Shown here piece by piece: positions 1 to 12,953 of a stretch of DNA of 64,000 nt. The stretch's first letter is position 1, and the number at the start of each line of letters is the position of its first letter. The translations under genes and the position numbers were made by a program. The stretch is from Raillietiella orientalis (taxonomy: Eukaryota). The stretch covers positions 3,844,001 through 3,908,000 of the forward strand of contig JAYWIR010000015.1 of the NCBI GenBank assembly GCA_036172245.1, in the 5' to 3' direction. The notes below the pieces were generated by a model. It had not been told where the DNA came from, did not search any database, and saw nothing but the letters and a program-made list of their open reading frames with translations.

Positions 1-39
1 CGGATGCTCCGTTCACTGGCCGGACTTGGGAGATGATCC

Positions 40-385
40 TCCGGGGTCCTTCCAGGAATTAAGGAGCCGTTCCCCTCCCTCGAGGCTTTCTTCAGAGGAA
101 GGAACAAGGAGCGGACCCTTTTCGGGAGTCCGCTCCTTGTTCCCTTCGAGGAAGAAATGAGGAATGACTCCAGTCGGGAGTCCCTCCGGAGAGAACAAGG
201 AAGAGATTCCCTTTCGGGGTTTCTTCCCAAGCGTAAAAGGAGCAGACCCTTCTCTCCAGAGTTTTCCTGTGCTCATAGGATGTGCGAGGTCACCCCCTAT
301 AACTTGAAGAGTCACAATCACCCTCGGATGGTGTGGACGGTGCTTAAAGAGCTTCATGAGCCTCCTAAGTAGGTGAGCGGTTCTA
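40..385 (+). mobile_element. Dispersed repeat copy 1 (putative SINE family, body/3' part)
   Basis: ccggggtccttccaggaattaaggagccgttcccctcc (41-78) recurs near 16779. cataacttgaagag...tgcttaaagagcttcatga..cctcctaagtaggtgagc recurs at ~4487-4567 and, more diverged, at ~17918-17998. Confidence 0.7.
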
Positions 386-1129
386 CCCGTTAGGTGCGCA
401 TCAACTTACCATGACGTTCCGCCATCTTATAGAAGAACAACCTTGCGAACTCCCAAGTCTCTCTCCATCCTCGTCGATAATCATCTCTGGTTTGTTCTTT
501 AGCGAAGTACCCACCTTTAATGCGACTGGGGCTGGGAGTGCTCTCTTTCATCTCTGGAAAGCCTCACTTTCTTTCCTCCTTCGTCACTTCTGCCTGCAAG
601 GGAGGAAGGATACGTCCTGAGAGGAAGAATACGTTCCTGGAACCAGATACTTCTCAAGAACGACGCTCCCCCTGTGGCAGCAGCGTCTTCCCGCTGCACG
701 CTCGGTTCAGTTCCATCCCGAGTTTCGTGCGGTCACACCTGGATTCGTTACTCCGTTCCCACGAGGCCTTCCGTCCTGAAGAAGACTTCTTCCTGGAGGA
801 CTGCTGTACAAGCGAAGAACTCGCTGCCGGCTCTCTCCGGAAGCCAAGGAGACCTGGAGTGGAGCCGCCTTTGAGACCTGAACTCGCCCTGAGGGAAAGG
901 AACCCTTCTATGATAGGGGAACTGCGAGCGCAACTCCGCGCATGCCGCTCGTTCGAAAGTCCACCAGCACAGCGTTCAAGAAGGTGCGTCAACGGCAGTA
1001 GAAAAAATACGGGGACTCCCGTATTGTTTCTTCTCCTCGCCCTCTCTCCAAGAAACCCAAGGGTGCGATCATTGGAACTTTGGGATCTGGAAAGCCACGG
1101 TGTGCCGGAAGAGCTGGAAATTCCAAGGT

Positions 1130-2272
1130 GCGCAAAAACCGCTCAAGGGGAGGAGTTCGGCCCAGTCGGGGCATCTACCGGGCGCGTCGAAATAGGGCAG
1201 TCTCCGAACGATCCAGCACAGAGTGGAGTCTCCCGAAAAAGTACACAAAGTTTCAGACCCCGAGCGACGGCAAAGCTGAAACGGTTCCAGGGCTGCCATG
1301 GTGGAAAATCTGTGCTGTACCAGAGGCCAGCGGTTGGAGCCACGGAAGTTCACTGGGAAGCGACCGGTCGGCTTTTCGGTCCTCTTTGTAGTTTTTGACT
1401 CGTGAAGGATTCGGATGCATGTCGGAAGAGAATGATCTGAAAGGATATCGTGGCCTCTTACCGGCCCATTCGTGGATCGGTGTCGCATCTGGTGCTTCAG
1501 ATTAAAGAGTGGATGTGTAACCACACTGGACTTGGCCGGCCTCTTCGATCATTCGGTGACGAAGCTCCAGGAGAGTCGAGTCAGCGGAAGAGAAGCAAAT
1601 GACGAAGACTGGCTCTCCACTTCATCTCCAGAGTCCAATGGGATCGCTCTTCGTGGAGAGCACTTGGGATCGTGGGAAGCATGCTGAAATCCCTGGACTA
1701 TAGGGAAAATAGACGGTGCTCTCGAACATCAAGCGGTCCCAGGGCTCACTCCGGAAGCACTCACTGGACCTCTGGCTGCGATGAAGGTTGAGAGTACCGC
1801 AGTTTCGTCCGGAGGATGACGTGAAGGACATCCTGGCCTCTGAGATGGTGGGGGTCCATCCATCATTTGCCTCCTCCCCTCCAGCATGACTTGTGTGTAA
1901 AGAGATGTAAGTAAGGATCCGTGCTGCAGGATCGGAAAAAAGAGAGCGAATGGCGTTGAATGAAAGGTCCTGGATGGTGATCGCGTCGAGGCTGAGGGTT
2001 TTTGTTGCTCTCCTGAATCTGGAGAGCACGGGATCCTGCACAACAGCCACCTTCGAAGAACAGGATCGTGCAGCATGTTGGTCCTGCGGGCTCCGCGTGA
2101 GGTGCTCGGCGGTCTGGTTGGCCAGCTCACGGCACGAACTCTGGGGGATACCGGCGGACGTCAGGAAACACCGGTTCTGGAACGGCGAAGTCTTCCCGCT
2201 TTCGTGATCCATCAAGCAGGGGGGAAGGATGCGATTAATTAGGTCCGCATGCCGCCGACCATTCCTTTCCAC
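1130..2272 (-). pseudogene. Possible decayed leucine-rich-repeat gene
   Basis: Minus-strand frames give LRR-like ITIQDLSFNAIRSL. Further 3' is an LRR C-cap-like STLCWIVRRLPYFDAPGRCPDWAELLPLSGFC. The fragments lie in different frames, so there is no intact ORF. Confidence 0.35.
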
Positions 2273-4119
2273 GTCCAGTTGACGCGCGCAGAGGACAGGA
2301 AATCGTAGCCTGGCACGTCGCGGGATTTCCCATTCCAGAAATCCAGGTTCTGCCGATCGGAGGTAACGAAGGAGCGTTTGCCTCCCGGTGGATTATGGGA
2401 ATCCTGGGACGGCCTGATGCCAGAAATTCGAATTCTTCCTCGGCAAAGAGCAGGCGAGATCTCCTGAACCAGGAAAGAATATGACCCTCTCTTCCCTTAA
2501 TTTATTGTGCGCTATTTGGTTTCCGGGAGGAAGCGTCGATTTCGCATCGGATTCCAACCGATCCAGATGCCTTTCCCCCCACTCACACAAGCGCCTCCTT
2601 GAAGATGGACGTCCTCTTCATGGTCCTTATGGCTGGTGTGCTCACCTCTCTTCGCCGGCTTTCCTCGCGCTTCCGGCGTTCGTTCCAGCGAGTCCTGGCC
2701 ACGGCATTCTCAAAGCGGGAAGCTCTGTGTCTGGGCGGCAGGGGTCCCTCACAGGCGGCCTGAGAAGCCTCGTGCCTCATCTTCCACGGCGTTCCCAAAT
2801 CTCGATCCACGCTACTCCAGAATCCAAAATCGAGCGCCAGCTTGAAGTTTCTCTTCACAGGGGAGACCACTAGAACTCTCCCAAAGCTCCTCGATATTTT
2901 GACGCTGCGGCCACTCCGTTAGAATCGATTCCCAACTCTCTCGTCATCGAGCCCAATTTTCTTTTGTGGTGACCCCATCCCCAAATGGGGTAGGCAATTG
3001 TGGCTGTGAGATGCGTGTTCCGGAGTAGAACAAGCCGGCTTCTTGCGCATGGCACGCTCCCGGATTTAACCCGGGACGGCTCCAAAGTCGTGCCAAAAGA
3101 GCGGTCCCCCATCCGCTCGTGAAACCGCAAACGGAACGTCATCTCCCAGTGAGCGGCAGGAATTTCCCGGGGACCCATTCGGGGCGCTCCGAGACCCCAC
3201 GATTTGCCGGCGTCCTTTCCCACAGTGTTCCTGAACCAGGCGCTTGGAAGACGACGGGGAAGGAAATACCCTGCCGCGCTCGCTCCGTTGTTCTCCTCTG
3301 GGTATCCCCTCTGGGCACCCCTCTTGTGACTGTGCTCCAAAAATCCCAAAAGCTCCCTTCGCTCCCGAAATTCGTCGAAGCGGCGCGTCAGGCAAAAAGG
3401 GGGCGTCCGGATTCCTACCCCATTCGAGGGCGGCCGAGAATGCGCCTTGCGCGTCATTTGATTGCATTGCTGGGGTGGCGCTCGAATCGCCACGCGGGGG
3501 GCAGCCGTGGGGGAATTCGCGGCCTCCGGGCCATCGAGCGGCTCGAGACTTTTTGAGAGGTCCTCGAGGCTTCCCTGAAATTCTTTTCAGGAACTTTTGG
3601 AATCTTTCCTTGGAAAACCTGATCCAACTGAAAAATAGTGATGGTCACTAATAACAATGGTTGCTGGGTAGTTGCTAAGATTCCGTTTACTTTCTTTTTC
3701 ACCTCTTCCCTGTAATTGCTTCGTTTCCTCTTTTATTAATGTAATTACTGTTCAACAAAAGAAATGTATTTTCCGGTCTCTCTTATTTTAAGAAATTTTT
3801 CCATCTCTTGTATTCACTTCCCTTTGAGCCCATTTCCAGCACTGATCACCCGGGGAGGAGAATGCAGTAATTCTCGAACCAGGGAAGCTGGAGGGCGTTC
3901 ATATGAAGGACGTAGAGAGGGGGGGAAGGAAAAAAAAAATTCTCGATATTTAGAAATTGGCTATTGTAAATTCGGAATGTAAGAAGATGGCGTTCGCTTC
4001 GCATGGAACTGTGGTCAGAGCGTTTCTCGGACGGGTGCGCTCCCATGGCAACGGCGAAGCTCCCTGTGGCTGCTCTAATTAATGCACCTTGAAACGACGC
4101 TTGACATATTAGTAGCCAC

Positions 4120-4575
4120 ACGCCCGCGTTGGTGGACACGTGGCCGCGGTCTCCGCGCCACCCGGAGAGCCACGTGGCCTCCGTGGTACCAAACGTTGCG
4201 GGTGCGAATCCCCACACGTGGAGGATCGATGCCAAGAACGGGAGATTGCGGGAGGGTTGCTCTGAACCGGTGATCCTTCAGAGAAAATTCGGAAACGTCC
4301 CTTCAGGGTTCTCTTCGGAGGAGGAAGAATCAGGGAGCGGTTCCCTCGCGGTTGCTCTCCGGGGAGTCCCTCTAGAGAGAACAAGAGGTTCCTTCCGGAG
4401 CTCCCTCCCAAGAGTAAGAGAGAAGCGGACTCTTTCCTCCGGCGCCTTCCTGGATTAAAAGGTTGGTCCGTTCTCGGAGTACCCCCCATAACTTGAAGAG
4501 TGACACTCGTCCTCGGGTGGCATGGACAGTGCTTAAAGAGCTTCATGAACCTCCTAAGTAGGTGAGCAGTTCTTC
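4120..4575 (+). mobile_element. Dispersed repeat copy 2 (putative tRNA-derived SINE)
   Basis: Head cgttgcgggtgcgaatccc...ggatcgatgccaagaac (~4194-4239) matches the copy at ~16628-16673. The tail matches 294-383. Confidence 0.65.
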
Positions 4576-5599
4576 AGCCCTAGGAGAACCAAATAACAAA
4601 AAAAAAAAAAGGTCAGAAGGAAAACAGCGAAGCAGACAAACCCAAAGATTTCCATCATCCTAGGCCAGTGGCAACGAAAGATCTTTTTAAGAAGAACCAA
4701 TTCAAAACTACGCTCGAAATGAGGGGTGGCGATCCTTGTAGCCAAGTTTGTTGCTGTCGTCGCTGCTGATTGTTTCAGCTTTCCGGTTTCTGATTTGAGA
4801 CTCCAGCAACAACAAGTATTAAGAAATCCAAGGTGTCCAAGGCAGTGTTGCCGGTCCAGTTCGTGCTCCGGAGCTCCTCAGGGTTTGCAACAGTCAAAGT
4901 TTGGAGAGGGTGCTGCCGCCCTCCTGCTGGACCCCCTGCGGTGCGCAAACCGAATGCTGGAAGTCCAGCTGCTGTCCCTTCTGTGTCGGAATGCTTCCCA
5001 CTCTCCTCTGATCAGCGCCATCTTCCTTCCCTCCTCTCCCCCCTTCACTGCCAGATCGGGAGGGGCATAAAAAACTCATCCTCTGCCGCAGATGACTCTC
5101 AAGGACTCTTCTCGAGCATGCCTCCTCTGTTTGCTCCCTGCACCGTGTTGCCTCTCTGTGATACCAATACCAGAGAGGACAAGCTTCCTCGCGTCCCGGA
5201 TCGCTCCGGGGAGAGCGATGCGCCGCGGCTACCCGGGAAACAGCTGAGCGCGACGCGCAACATGAGCGAAGCGCTCATCACAAGCTCTCCTGCTCTCTGG
5301 AGGCGTCTGGAGACCCGAAGGTCATTTGGGATGATTTCATGAACGCGGCCCAGCAGGATCAGCTCTTGAACCGTGCACACCATTCCACGGACTGCACTCT
5401 GGCAGCTCACGCAGCATCCGCACATGAAGCAAGGTGCTTCTGTCCGCAATGAGGACTAGCGGACGCGATCGCAGCTCTGCTTGTCTTTCAGGGAAGCAGA
5501 GGTGAGACTCCTCCCCAGCCTCCATAGCTGCAGGTCATCAAACCACTTCGAGAAAAGTGTCTCCTGCTTTTCCTCTCGCGCGTTCATCCTTGACCTTGG

Positions 5600-6350
5600 C
5601 GGTCGGAGGGCATCTTGCCTGGTTTTTCCTCAAAGCGAAGACAGGGGTGGTCTCACCGGGACCAAGGTCGGTGGCTCCACTCATTAGGCGAACCTCCAAT
5701 GGGCCAGGAGCTCCCTTGCGCCTCCGTGGCGTAAAGTTGTGAAATGGGAGGCGGCATTTTTCGTGTTTCCTTTGGGTGGTGCCCACGACATTCGAGGGAC
5801 CGACCGAGCACCAGGAAGCCAGAACGCCGAGCTTCCCGATCTCACGACCAGGACTAAGCTTTCCGGGCACTCCCGGTCGGCGAGCCGAAAGAGATGGCGA
5901 CCGCGAAGGGGAAAATTGCCAGATTCTTCCTGTAGTCTTTCCGGTGCTTTCGGTGGCGCTTACTTGCGGCGCCACTGTCCCGCATGCGGCGGTTGGAGGT
6001 GCTCCTCTCCCGCCCGCGGCCCTCGGACCTCGTTGGTAGCGGTAGTGAGCGAGCCGCGTGCTCCAAGGGAAACCCAGTCGCGACCAGCATTCGGGAGTAG
6101 GGGTGCTCCCCACGAGTCTTCCCCAATATACGCCTTGTCGAGATGCGTGGGGGGCGTTCCCATCCAACAGCGTATCCCTGAAGGCCCTCAAGTGTGGGGG
6201 GGGTGAAGAGTGGGATTCCCTCTACGTCATGCGCTTCCGAGTAACTGCGCCTCCCGCCGCTGCGCAATTCTTTGCACCTTCCGGCGCCAGCGGCGCCGTC
6301 GTTCCCTCCACGCACTCTTCGGTGTTGTCCCTCTGAGGTCGAAGTTTTCT
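5600..6350 (-). mobile_element. Possible highly decayed non-LTR reverse-transcriptase fragment
   Basis: Colinear weak RT-like motifs across frames: LEGLQGYAVG (Q.GF..G), THLDKAYIGEDSW (D..KAYD.V.W), GRIWQFSPSRSPSL (G..QG.PLSP.L). Confidence 0.25.
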
Positions 6351-7822
6351 CTCGCAGATACATGCCAATCGCGTAAGCAGACATCCCGCTCGGGAAGAGC
6401 TCAGACCGGAAGTCGCGGCGGCGGATCTTCCCGATGAAATTTCCAGTTTCCCCATTTCTTGATTGGTACCCGTGGGAACGCCTTGTCAGCTCCCGTCACG
6501 CAATTCGTCATCCGGTGCCAGAGCAGTGGGTCTGCTACATCATCCGGGGTCGAACAGATCCCGGTCGAAGATGGGGCCCACGAAACTCCTTCCTCCTCCT
6601 CCTGAGTCTACGAGCCCGGTTGCCCGGCAACGAAGACGTGCGCCGTGGGAAGGGGCTGTCGTCCTGGTCGCGGCGTGGATTGCCGCTGCCATCTGAGGAT
6701 TCCGGTGCAGAATCTGGGAGCAAAGGCGTCCGCGTCATCGGAGAGTACGCAAGAAGCTCCCCTGTTCCGGACGCGGGAGTGTCCTCGGCCGAGGAACCGG
6801 GACAGACCCCGAGATGCGCTGGGCGGAAGCTCTCCGGGACTCCTCACCCCAGGCATCCCTTCGTTTGGAGGTTCTGTCGTGTGCAGTCCCGTTCAGGAGC
6901 CGGCCGAGTAGGTCCCACTAACGACCATCGAGATGACGCGCCCGGAGGCGGGGGCAGCTGCAGCTTCAGGTCCTGCAATCCGGACCGACTCAAGTTCCTT
7001 GTTTCCTTTTCTGTTTCCTCGTGCCAGGGCACGCGGTCGCACGGTGAAGGGAGGAAGGGCAACAGACGCGTGGTTTTCGCACAGCCAGGATTCTTCCGGG
7101 AAACATCCAGGATTACCTCGGCGATTTGCAAATGGCGGCGGCTGTCGTCTTGGCGTTCCCTCGGTCGAATACCTCTCGCCCTTCCTCTCCTCACCGCCCG
7201 TCTTTGCAGGTTACCGTGGAGACCGAGGTGCAATCCTCCTGGGAACCTCCGGAACGTGCCCTCCCTCGTGGCGAGTGGGAGTCATCTTCGGCATTCCCGA
7301 CCATCCCTCCAGCCGCAGCAGCTCCCGGAGAGCCGAGAGCTCTGGGGCCACTTCCTCCTCCTTCCTCATTCTGACCTTGAGACTCGCGGGACCACGACCG
7401 TCCGTTGGGGTATGGCGGTAGGGCCCCTCTCCTTCGGAGCTGCGCAGCAGTCGTGATCCACGATCCTCAGCAACTGCCGCCAGCTCCCCACTGGGAGCCC
7501 ACTGGGGGAGAGATGACAACTTTCCCTGAGAGGAGCAGCAGAGATGATTTCGGGACAGGGTGACCTTTCATCCGACCCCACTTTCCCCGTCTGGGGTGCA
7601 GCTATCCAGGGGCCCGCCGTAAAGACCCCATAGCCCGAGAAGCAATGAGTCCTTCGATGCGCCCTGGTCACCCCATCCCTAAGGGGTCTGCTGCTCCTCT
7701 CCAGAGCGTTCGCGGTTGCCTTGACACCGACCAGGAAGAGACCGCGCGCCCTCTTCCTGGTCGAGGGAGGAAGCAGGGAGCCCTCAAACATGGACGTCAT
7801 CCTGCCCCGTTTGTGTCCGTAG

Positions 7823-8054
7823 GCCGCACCCGAGCAGGTCATCGAGTACATACCCGTGGTCGAGGATGGAGGGCTCGAGACTTCCAACCTGGGTCTGGAG
7901 CTACAGCTGACCCCCTCTCAGCTCCGGAATCACCGCCTAAGGGTGAAGTGCACCGCCGCCATCGCCACTGTGTACTGGACCAACGAGGAGAGGGACATCC
8001 CCGTGTACCCGGCCCAGAAGGCCACCATGCTGGAGAGCAGGGCAGTCTCCTCCG
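7823..8054 (+). CDS. Internal exon of a Beaten-path (Beat)-like immunoglobulin-domain gene; other exons not located
   Basis: Acceptor tttgtgtccgtag| and donor |gtagga. Translation AAPEQVIEYIPVVEDGGLETSNLGLELQLTPSQLRNHRLRVKCTAAIATVYWTNEERDIPVYPAQKATMLESRAVSS matches the DGLETS.LGL...L.KC.A.I...Y signature of the second Beat Ig domain. Confidence 0.7.
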
Positions 8055-8269
8055 GTAGGAACCTCGGGATGGAGCGCTCCCGCCTCCTTGGGCTCCTCCT
8101 TTGGGAAAAACCGAAAAAGGAAGGGGCAGGGAACGAGGGCGTACGCTGCATGGAGCAAGGACGGCCGGGGAGGCGTCGGGCGGGGTCAGGGAGAGAATGG
8201 AACGGGACAAAAGTGGAAATGGGAGGGGAGGGGAGAGGGACACAGAGACAAGAGGGTGAGGAGCAGCGC

Positions 8270-11200
8270 CAGCTCCCGGCAGGTTTCAAGAAGGCGAGCC
8301 GAGGTCTCCTTCCTCAGGGACGTCCCTGTCTTCGCGCGCGTCCCCCTCCTGCGCCTCGGCGAGGTGGACGCCTTGAGAGCCCTGGAGAGGCGCAGGCGGC
8401 GGCGCCGTGACGGGGTGCATTTCCGGCATCCTCGGGGATGGAGGACGACCCCTACCTGGCTCCCTCGTTCCCGGAGGCGGGTCTCGCTGACCTCTTCATC
8501 CCTTGTCCCTCCCGTCTCCCAGATCCTCATCAACCTGTCTGTCCTTGGCCCGACTGTCCTCCGGACACGTCCCTCAGGCTGCAGAGCTCTCGTCGAGGAT
8601 TCCTTGGATGCCCCCGACCCCAAGGGCTCTCCTCCCCGGGTGCACATGGGTGCTTGGGGGCCATTCTGGATCCAGGATAGCAGGGACCCTCCCAGGGAGA
8701 ACTGCCGCTGCTTCGCCGCTCCCAGTTTCCCCGTCTGCAGATAATGCCAGTGACTGCAAAACTGCCCAACGCGGTGATGGGAGAGTTTCCTGCCCTCGCC
8801 GAATGGTGGACGTCCGAGAGGAAGTCGGGGAGCCCTGGGGGGCTCACCTTCCTTCCTCTGCCTCCTTCGTCCACTTCCCTTGCTAGCCGGGCACGTCCTG
8901 GCATCAATGTCCTGAGAAGGCGCCCTCCCATACCGGACAGAAGCGTGGCTTCATGCTTTCCCGCCTGGAACATATCCGCCCGCGGCCCCTCTTCCGCTTT
9001 CCATCCTTTCCCCTGAGCTGCTACAGGAAGGAGGAACTGTCTCTTCCCCCTCCCTCTCGTCAGGAGCTCCGGGCATCCCCGAAATCGTTCCCTCTTTTCA
9101 CCCTCACCCCGCGTCCGCCTGCGGTGGCGGTTGCCACCGGTTTTCTGGTCCGGGAGGGCCCTCAGGAAGGTTCCTTGCCTCCCTGACGTAGAAGGGGAGG
9201 GTGGTCGCAGAAGAGGAGTAAGGCCAGAATGGATCCCGCGCGCGACCTGACGCCCTATTCCTGTCTTTCAGGTTCCGGGAGTCGTTTTTTCCGGGGCAGT
9301 CTGCCGGAAGGCAGCCTCCTGCCTCCGCCAGCGCTGCTGCTGCTGCTGCTGAGTTGACGTCAGCACGGACCCCCGTGAGAGGCGACGATCTCGGCCTCTC
9401 CCACCCGTGCCGCAGCCGGTGGCCTCCTTTGGGAGAGGGATGTGTCGTCACCCGGAGCTCCTCGGAGGAGGGAGGGTACGGTCGCGAAGCAGCAAAAGGT
9501 CGTTTTGCTAGCGGGGGCTGCCGCCGTGCGCGCGAGCAGCCCCGCGGGGCACCGCATAAAACTTGACCGCCGTCCGCAGAGGCGTGCTGACCCGTCGTGG
9601 GAGTAGGGAGGGGAGGGAGCGGGGACGGGGTGGAGGTGGATTAGTAGGGAAAGGGAAACTGCTTACACTGGGTGAATGGGAGGAGGAGGAGGAGGGACGT
9701 GACCTCTAGGAACCGCCCGAGGGAAGGAGCACCCCGAGAGTAGGGGAGCGGAAGCCATGCTCCCTCAGACCTCCTGTTTCTTCCCGTTCCTTCCCGGTAC
9801 GATGCTCACCTCGACCTTTCACTAGTCCAGAGGCCTCGGTAAGGGAGAGAGGCCTAGCATCTGCCCTTTCCCTCCCGCAGTGCTGGAGGTCAAAGGTCAC
9901 GATTGGGGCTTCAGGGAGAGCGAGGACCTCGAGACAGGTCGCGCCCCCGGATGCTCTTTCTCCCCCATCTGCGTGAGGGAGGAGGGGGATCTCATCGCCC
10001 GAGTCTTGCCACAGATCCCGCCTCGACTCTTCCCCCCCTCTCCCTCCCTTCCCCTAGAACCTCTCTGGCGGGCAGAAGCCGAGAGCCCCCGAACCGGTTG
10101 AGACTGCGCGTAGGGTGGCAGCCTCTCCGTTTCATCCCCTACGAAAACGCACAAGCAAGGAGGGAGGGGGCCCTCGAAGCGCTGCCGGTCACCTCCATCC
10201 AAGATGGTGACCACGAGGTGCAGCGGTCCTACATCGCTACTTCCAGGAAGAGGGGCACTGGGGAGCGTGGATGCTACTGGTCAAGGTGGGCGGAAGGGCG
10301 GTCAGGCGGTTCTTCTTGAGCGAAGGGAGTGGGAAGGGAAAATAGGATGAGGCGTCCGGGGCGATGGACCCTTTTATCCGCAGAGATGAGCCCTCCCGGA
10401 GGTCTAGGAGTCGCGCTACCCTCTCCTCCCCTGCTTTGACAAAAGGAGGGGGTCTCGGAGGGGCAAGCGAGGTCCTGAATCCTTCATGGGGACAGGTCCA
10501 CTTGACTTGAGGAGGCTCGTTCCCTCCCAGCCCCTTCCTGCTCCCGGTAGATGGGGATTAGACCTCTAAAACCCGGAAGGGGAAAGCGGACGGCGAGGAT
10601 GAGCGGCCGGTGGTCAGGAGTACCACGAGGGCCATCGGTTCCTCCCTTTCCGTTCGAGGAGTCAGGAGTCCCCGGCTCCACCGCGGGGAGGGGGAACACA
10701 CGAGGTGGAAGGCACCTGCGTTGCGACTCTGGCGGTCGGTTCTTCGAGGGACTCCCGAAAGAGGGTGCTGGCCACTCCGCTCCCAAGAGGCCAAGAGGCG
10801 AGCGGCGACCACCCCCACACGCGCCAGCAGGATGAAGGGAGGGGGTCACTTTTTTAGGAATACCTGTCTCCCACCTGTCTGCGTCCAGAGGTTCCTCTGG
10901 AAAGGGATTGGGAGTCCCTGGCTCCAAGGGACTCGTCGAGAAGGGCCTCTCCCGCGAGCTCCCACGGACTGACCTCGGATGGGACCGAGACAGGATGGCG
11001 GAGAGTCGCCGCCTCCCTCACAGCCAGAGAGTGCGTTGGTCAATCCTTCTCTTCGCACGCCTCCGGGCAGCAGCGGGATCCCGCTCCAGCTTGAAGAACA
11101 CTCGGAGGAAGCACCGGCCTCCTCCTCCAGTGGCAGCCATCTTGAATAACTCGGCATGGCAGACCCACACCGCCTTGGAGGCCTAGGCTTTCGACCAGCT

Positions 11201-11965
11201 GGGGAACTCGGAGTGTCAATGCCCTTCCGTCACGGCGGTTTCCGTGGAAACTCGGTTCTCTTCCCTCCCTTCCGTCTGTCTTCCTCTGCGACAGCGCGTC
11301 AGCAACCACCACGCGCTTGCGCCGGTCACCCGCGCCTCGCCGCTTGGCAGAACTCGATTTCCTGTCCCGCTCCTAGGGAATCCCCCCCCTCTTCTCTCCA
11401 GTTTCCACGTCTCAAAGGGGCCAGAGGGCAACACAATCCCTCCTGCACCTGCTTGTGTATTGTGTTGCCCTCCGGTCCCTTTGGGAACGCTTTGCCGCGA
11501 CCCTACGAACTCCCGGCGGTAACTCCAGGGACGCTTTAAGGTTCCTCCTCCAATGCGACGCCCTTTGGCCGTCAGCCGCTCTCTCTGCTGCATACGCGGG
11601 ATCTCAGTAGCCTGAAGCGATGCAAGAGGAAGACCAAGCGACAGGGGTGCCACATCCGCTTCGCCGTCCGCTTCATGAGGACGACTACAAGATGGTTCCA
11701 CCTGGACAACATGCAGCATGAGCTTTCCAGCATCCTTGAAAGGATGCGGAGGGTCACTCACAGCAGGACGTGACCCCGCTCCGCAGTTTCTCGAATTTAT
11801 GTATTTATTTATTCCCTTGTTGTCAGCTCTCTCCCCTCTGCTGCCAAGGAGAACCCCACCGGTCTGCATACCGGTGATCCGGCAGATTCTTTTTGGAGGC
11901 GGATGTGGTTGCACCACCGACCCTACCACAAAACTTGTGGATGTTTATGTTTATGAAATAAACGC
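8270..11965 (+). mobile_element. Decayed L1/Tx1-type LINE, copy A
   Basis: Colinear relics in shifting frames: ORF1-like segment (QILINLSVLG; Cys-knuckle remnants ~8700-8810), RT-like SLSVRGVR (~10640), post-RT VQRFLWKG (~10880), zf-RVT-like SLLHLLVYCVALRSLW (~11437-11485), C-terminal IRFAVRFMRT..RW.HL...ELSSILERM, AATAAA at 11957-11962. The 3' part is homologous to copy B. Confidence 0.6.
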
Positions 11966-12953
11966 TCCAGAACATCCGGGTGGACATCCGATCCCCGCGA
12001 ACCACTCGCCAAGGGTCCCTCCGGCAGGGAAGGCTCCTGCCGCGTGGGTTCCCTTCACCCCGTCCCTCGAAGCTCGCTCCTCCCTTCCGCTCCATCGCCC
12101 GTGCGAAGCGTGTATTTGCTCCCGGGAATTCCAGGCGCTCTGCCACCCTATCCCTCCTGCCCCCTCACCTCCAGTCTCCGAGGAGTCCACCCAACCATCT
12201 CATCTTTCTCCTCTCCTTCTGTGCCTCCCGGATGCGGCCGCCACTTCCCGTTCGCATGGCGGACTCCGCCAGCAACGCAGACCATCCCGCTCTCCCCTTC
12301 CGACAATCAGCTCCCCCTGCCCTAAGCAATTATCCCTGAGCAGTTCTGCGATTCCGGAAAGTCCGAGGATGACCATCGGAGGCTCTCATCCTTCGGGCGC
12401 TGGCCCGCGGAGCAAGGAAGCGGCCTCTTCCCTCCGACTGCCCAAGGGTCTCGCGTCCCTCCCCGTCCTCCGGAGCGGACATTCCTTCTCCGGGACACGG
12501 GAGGGGATGGAAGTAGACCAGGGGTCTCAGAACACCGCCCCCAGGGGGTGTTCTGAGGCCAGTTCCCCGCTTCTTGGGGCCGGAGCGAGCCGGCGGGTCG
12601 AGGACTCCCAGGGTGGGTAGTGAGCCCTCCGGCAGCCCAACCGCCTCTCCCAAAAGGCGACTCTGCAGCGCAGATCACCGCGCTGTCTGTTCGAGCGGAT
12701 GGCCACAGGAAGAAGCACAGCGCTCCTGAGCTCACGAGGGCTCACGAGAGTCCTTTCCTTCCTCTGTTTCCTCCCCCAGACATGGGAACGAGACGGTGCC
12801 GTTGCCAAGGACAGGCAGGCTCGAGAAAGCGGCTTGTGTCATCTGAGCTGAGGATCCTCTCCCGGAGATCTCGGTGGAGGAGGATCCCTCCTGATGGTTG
12901 CGGAGGTCGAGGACCGGATGCTCCTCCTCCTAGGTCCGGTCGAGAGCCGGCCC